Virus record (IMG/VR): IMGVR_UViG_3300002220_006884 | Direction: 5' to 3' (one strand) | Length of the DNA: 64,000 bases | From: an uncultured virus (IMG/VR IMGVR_UViG_3300002220_006884) | Lineage: Duplodnaviria > Heunggongvirae > Uroviricota > Caudoviricetes | Shown: in pieces, positions 60,145 through 64,000 of the stretch | Numbering within the stretch: position 1 is the first letter of the stretch | Layout: each line of letters starts with the position of its first letter | Program-made: the position numbers and the translations under genes | Notes under the pieces: model-generated | Seen by the model: the letters and a program-made list of their open reading frames with translations, nothing else | Database searches by the model: none | Told to the model about the DNA's origin: nothing

Positions 60145-60546
60145 ATGATAAAAGAAATTGATATATATAATGAATATATAGAAAAAATGAGATTACAAAT
60201 TAATCAAGTTATGGAAAAACTTTATATCTTTAAAAAAGAAGATAATAATACCGGAATGAACGAATGTAGTGATTTAGCTCAATTAGTTATGAGATTAGGA
60301 ACAGTAAGTGAGAAATTAAGGCCTTATACAAATAATAGGACACCAATACAATATCAATTGATTGATGATTGGATTGATATAATTGATGTTAAAAAATTAG
60401 ACTGTTTATTTTTAACTGCTTTTTTAAGATACACCTTTGTTGCTAAAAATGGATTAAAAAATTGGAGTAAATTAAGAGATGAAACTGCAATAAAAATAGA
60501 TTCAATAGGGAAAAATAGTAAAAGTTTGCTAAGGGGTTTGTTTTAA
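60145..60546 (+). CDS. Hypothetical protein
   Basis: AGGA RBS. Confidence 0.6.
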   Translation: MIKEIDIYNEYIEKMRLQINQVMEKLYIFKKEDNNTGMNECSDLAQLVMRLGTVSEKLRPYTNNRTPIQYQLIDDWIDIIDVKKLDCLFLTAFLRYTFVAKNGLKNWSKLRDETAIKIDSIGKNSKSLLRGLF

Positions 60547-60675
60547 AAATAGAAATAGTTGGTTATTATATCTTCAAAGACTTTCAGGTTTTTTTAGAAT
60601 GAGCAAGAACATTAGGATTTTTATCAAAATCATCTTAAAAAAATACAATTTAATGATATAATCATTGAATTGAAT

Positions 60676-60752
60676 GCGACATTAGCTCAGTTGGTTAGAG
60701 CAAAGGACTCATAATCCTTGGGTCGCTGGTTCGAACCCAGCATGTCGCACCA
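60676..60752 (+). tRNA. tRNA with CAT anticodon (probably Ile2)
   Basis: Cloverleaf, CTCATAA loop; 3' half GGTCGCTGGTTCGAACCCAGCA resembles enterobacterial Ile2. Confidence 0.9.
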
Positions 60753-60922
60753 AATTTATTTAGATATGTTAGAAGTTGAGATTGTCAGACTAGAATAATT
60801 AAAAAAATAAATTTTTAAATAATTTTTAAAAGTAGTAGACAAAAATATAAAAGTTGATGTATAATTCTTTCATCGGTTAATTAATTAATCAATAGCTCTT
60901 TAAAAATTGAAGATAATCAAAA

Positions 60923-61009
60923 GCCTTGGTGGTGAAATAGGTAGACACAAGAGACTTAAAATCTCTCGCTTTAAACGGCATGCCGGTTCGATTCCGGCCC
61001 AAGGCACCA
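60923..61009 (+). tRNA. tRNA-Leu(TAA)
   Basis: Identical to 25539..25625. Confidence 0.95.
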
Positions 61010-61118
61010 TATAAAAACACATCGAGGCAAAGGCCAAGCCTTGTTGTGAAACAGCCAAGCAATACGCGATTGCTTTGGTGGACGGTTAAACTCCGTTGAT
61101 GTGTTTTTATATGGTAAT

Positions 61119-61194
61119 GGGTTGTTAGCTCAGTTGGTAGAGCGTCTGCCTTACACGCAGAATGTCGGCGGTTCGAACCCGTCACAACCCACCA
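61119..61194 (+). tRNA. tRNA-Val(TAC)
   Basis: TCTGC-CTTACAC-GCAGA, cloverleaf, CCA. Confidence 0.95.
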
Positions 61195-61203
61195 AAGATT
61201 AAT

Positions 61204-61308
61204 CTGCCGATAGCTCAGATGGATAGAGCATCTGCCTTCTTAAGTATCTTTTCTTAAGGGTATTTAAGAAGCAGATGGTCGGGGGTTCGAATCCCTCTCG
61301 GCAGGCCA
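61204..61308 (+). tRNA. tRNA-Arg(TCT) with 28 nt insert (61241-61268) between positions 36 and 37
   Basis: Removing the insert gives TCTGC-CTTCTAA-GCAGA; otherwise canonical, CCA. Confidence 0.8.
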
Positions 61309-61422
61309 AAACAAGTTCTAAGAAATTAGAACAGCTAGTAGGATTGACTAGAAATTCAATCAAACTGTTTCAGAAGTCTTGAGTGAGAAACAGAATTAAC
61401 TCTGATAGCTCTATGAGTTAAA
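61309..61422 (+). ncRNA. Four-hairpin RNA following the insert-bearing tRNA-Arg, copy 2
   Basis: Identical to 26284..26397. Confidence 0.6.
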
Positions 61423-61427
61423 CTTTT

Positions 61428-61501
61428 GCGGGTAAGCACGAGGTGTGTCGCCAGCCTTCCAAGCTGCGCAGAGTGGAATTCGATTTTCCCTACCCGCTCC
61501 A
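61428..61501 (+). tRNA. tRNA-Gly(TCC), atypical short D-arm
   Basis: Homolog of 25787..25860 with compensatory T-stem change (GGAA/TTCC). Confidence 0.72.
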
Positions 61502-61549
61502 CTTTTAAGAATTTTTCAAAAAGAGTTTTTAAAAGTGGAAAAATTTAAT

Positions 61550-61634
61550 GCCTGAGTGGTGAAATTGGTAGACGCGGAGGACTCAAAATCCTCTTCCGAA
61601 AGGAGTGTCGGTTCGAGTCCGACCTTAGGCACCA
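61550..61634 (+). tRNA. tRNA-Leu(CAA)
   Basis: Class II cloverleaf, loop CTCAAAA, CCA. Confidence 0.93.
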
Positions 61635-61788
61635 GCACTTTGATAAAAAAGAAAAACCATAATACGAATGATGCCTAGCAAAAGGTGGTATGGTTCATGC
61701 AGTTTTGTCAAACAACCTAATGAAAAATAGGTTTAAGAATTAATGATTATTTTCAATTTTAGAGATTATTAAGTAGATATAAATAAGT

Positions 61789-61816
61789 AGCCCTTGAAAG
61801 AATCAAGGGCTTTTTT
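61789..61816 (+). terminator. Intrinsic terminator ending tRNA cluster 2
   Basis: AGCCCTTGA-AAGAA-TCAAGGGC followed by T6. Confidence 0.8.
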
Positions 61817-61820
61817 GTTT

Positions 61821-63041
61821 TTAAGATTTATTTTTTATTTTTGCGAGATTACTTTTTTCTTTTCCACATTCTGGACACCAACTACCTTTTTGAATATTTT
61901 GAAATGCTGAACTCCAAGTTGGGTGTAAGTGATTTTGACACTTCCATTCCATTTTAGTTTCAGAATTAATATAGTTGGTAGATAAGCACCATCCACCTTT
62001 ATTTATTGCAAGCTGTTTAGCTTTTTCTAAATAATTGTTTTGATGATTAGTATGCTTGTTTAAAAGAGATTCAATGATTGAAATATCAATTTTTTTATTA
62101 ATTTCAATATTGTTATACTTCAATAATTGCAAGATATAATTGATAATTTGTTGAGAATCATCTAATTTAAAATTATCATCAATAATAATTAGTTTCACCT
62201 GGTTATCAATACAATTTTTCTTTTTTATTGAATCTTTAAATTGAATATATTCAAGTTCTTCTTTTGTTTTTCCAAAAGATCCTACCTTATAATGATGTTC
62301 ACCTTGAAATTCAAAAGCAATTTTTAATTCTTCGCAATAACCATCTAATTCTAACCTTTTATTGGTTTTAGGATTAATGTTCCATTTTGGGCGAGATTTT
62401 TCAAATTTAACTTCCAATAAATATTCTAATATATCTCTAATTTTATGTTCTTTATAATAATAGGCAGAACATTGCGGACACCAACTATTATCTAATACAA
62501 CACTTTTATATTTAGTGTTCCATATATGATTATTTGCACATTTCCATATTAATTCTTTTTTAGCTCCGATATATTCAGTAGATAGGCAGTCTCCACCTTT
62601 GTTTTTGGCATATTCTTGGGCTAATTTTAATCCATTTTTATTTAGTGATCTTGTTGCATTTTTTAACTCATTACATTCTGGACACCAATGTTGACCAATT
62701 AAAATATTGTATTTTGCCTCCCAAGTATGACCATGAGAGCATTCCCATTTTAATTTAGAAATAGAATTAACATATTCAATAGAAAGACATTTTCCACCTT
62801 TAGCTAAAGCATATTGTTGTGCTCTTTTTATCCCTTCTTCTTTTGTAAAGTAACCTGCACATTGTGGACACCAAGAACCAAACATAACATTTTTAGTTGG
62901 AGCATCCCATTCATGTCCATGAGAACATTTCCAGGTTAGTTTTGAATTAGCTCCAAGATATTCAGTAGAAAGGCAATCACCACCTTTATTTTGGGCATAT
63001 TCTTTAGCCTTTGCTAATCTTAATATTTGGTCATTATTCAT
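61821..63041 (-). CDS. Putative endonuclease with zinc-ribbon repeats and PD-(D/E)xK/Vsr-like core
   Basis: Four GG-x-CLS...W-x-C...H...WCP-x-C repeats; LELDGYC...IAFEFQG-x-HH. Confidence 0.72.
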   Translation of the reverse strand: MNNDQILRLAKAKEYAQNKGGDCLSTEYLGANSKLTWKCSHGHEWDAPTKNVMFGSWCPQCAGYFTKEEGIKRAQQYALAKGGKCLSIEYVNSISKLKWECSHGHTWEAKYNILIGQHWCPECNELKNATRSLNKNGLKLAQEYAKNKGGDCLSTEYIGAKKELIWKCANNHIWNTKYKSVVLDNSWCPQCSAYYYKEHKIRDILEYLLEVKFEKSRPKWNINPKTNKRLELDGYCEELKIAFEFQGEHHYKVGSFGKTKEELEYIQFKDSIKKKNCIDNQVKLIIIDDNFKLDDSQQIINYILQLLKYNNIEINKKIDISIIESLLNKHTNHQNNYLEKAKQLAINKGGWCLSTNYINSETKMEWKCQNHLHPTWSSAFQNIQKGSWCPECGKEKSNLAKIKNKS

Positions 63042-63163
63042 TTGTAATAGTTAGATAAATAGTATTTTATTATATCATATTTTAGTTATATTTGGTTTTA
63101 AAAAAGTTATAAAAAACTGTTGCCAAAAATTAAATTTTAAGTTATAGTATCGGTTATGTTAAA

Positions 63164-63294
63164 TTGCTTTCTAAACGGGTGATATTAACAATTAATTCCG
63201 TAGATTAGCTAGTCCCGTTAATTTGCTTGAGTTAGTTGAAAAGGTTAAAAATCCACTGGGCATGGTTCTTTAGTATCACCCGTTTAGAAAGTAA
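63164..63294 (+). ncRNA. Standalone candidate ncRNA closed by a 25 bp stem
   Basis: TTGCTTTCTAAACGGGTGATATTAA / TTAGTATCACCCGTTTAGAAAGTAA, deviations are G-U on the plus strand; TTGCCA-17-TATAGT promoter upstream. Confidence 0.6.
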
Positions 63295-63560
63295 CTATAG
63301 CTTGTGAGTGAAACAAGCACTAATCATTATTTTTGATAACATATCTAAGGATAGATGATTGCAAGTAACTTGAGAAGCTGTTTCAAATTATCAAGTTCTT
63401 CACAAAGATAAATCAAAATTCATTTTTAAAGTATCCTTCCACAACAAATCTATCTATTTAATAATCTAAGTATCTTTAGCTTATTACAATTCTTGTAGTT
63501 TAGAGAAAGTATAATGGTATTGTGATATAATATAAACATCATACTTAATGAGAGAAAATC

Positions 63561-63965
63561 ATGACAACATTATACGAGCGAATTAGTAAAGTTAAAAGTA
63601 CAAATCCTTATTTTACAAAAGACTTAAAAAAGGCACAGGCTGCTAATAAATTTATTGGAAGAGGTTCTATGTTTTCATCTACACACAAGTATATGACAGC
63701 AGCAGCAGAATTAGGAAATTGTGGAAATTATGATTCAAGCGATTTGATTTTCATATCTGCTGAAGGGGCACGCAATGGTAGGTTGTCTGTTGATTATGTA
63801 GAACTTAAAAAAGCAGTAGATGCTGGAGCTAAATTTGTAACAGATGATAAATATAACCGTGAACGTCAATATAATGTTGGTGAAAGAGAAGTTAGTGTGT
63901 TTTTAGAAAAAAATGGTTATACAGATATTGGTAAAGGTTACTGGGAAAAATTAATTAAAAATTAA
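63561..63965 (+). CDS. Hypothetical phage-like protein
   Basis: 134 aa ORF with TGATATAAT promoter. Confidence 0.65.
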   Translation: MTTLYERISKVKSTNPYFTKDLKKAQAANKFIGRGSMFSSTHKYMTAAAELGNCGNYDSSDLIFISAEGARNGRLSVDYVELKKAVDAGAKFVTDDKYNRERQYNVGEREVSVFLEKNGYTDIGKGYWEKLIKN

Positions 63966-64000
63966 TTTAATTTAATAAAAATAAAACTTTACTTTTATTA

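Noticed and set aside
60889..61185. 98 aa minus-strand ORF
   Set aside because: Antisense to tRNA-Leu and tRNA-Val
1..64000. Window-wide TAG reassignment
   Set aside because: Recognisable genes are full length under code 11 and some end naturally at TAG; recoding elsewhere cannot be excluded

Overview
Very AT-rich, gene-dense segment of a large mobile element, either a jumbo phage or a megaplasmid-like replicon. No capsid, terminase or replication-initiator gene is visible. Most of the window is short hypothetical genes behind sigma70-like promoters, plus ung, a DotB-like type IVB ATPase, GNATs, phosphoesterases and putative homing endonucleases. A tnpB-only IS200/IS605 element splits a lipoprotein gene. 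Two tRNA clusters (about 25.4-28.2 kb and 60.7-61.6 kb) and a lone tRNA-Arg supply mainly the AT-rich codons TTA, TTG, AGA, ATA, GGA and GTA. The most striking signals are in RNA: (1) an unannotated leader peptide rich in TTA/AGA/ATA codons, with mutually exclusive antiterminator and terminator hairpins, ahead of the tRNA array that decodes those codons (an apparent tRNA-supply attenuator); (2) two different tRNA-Arg(UCU) genes with a near-identical 28-29 nt hairpin insert at 36/37, each followed by an identical 114-nt four-hairpin RNA; (3) two CUA (amber) tRNAs co-transcribed with covarying pseudoknot RNAs; (4) long stems that sequester tRNA CCA ends and enclose variable RNA cargo. Several unrelated proteins also share a basic C-terminal KI tail that could be a secretion signal. 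All protein family calls come from motif recognition by eye, not database searches.
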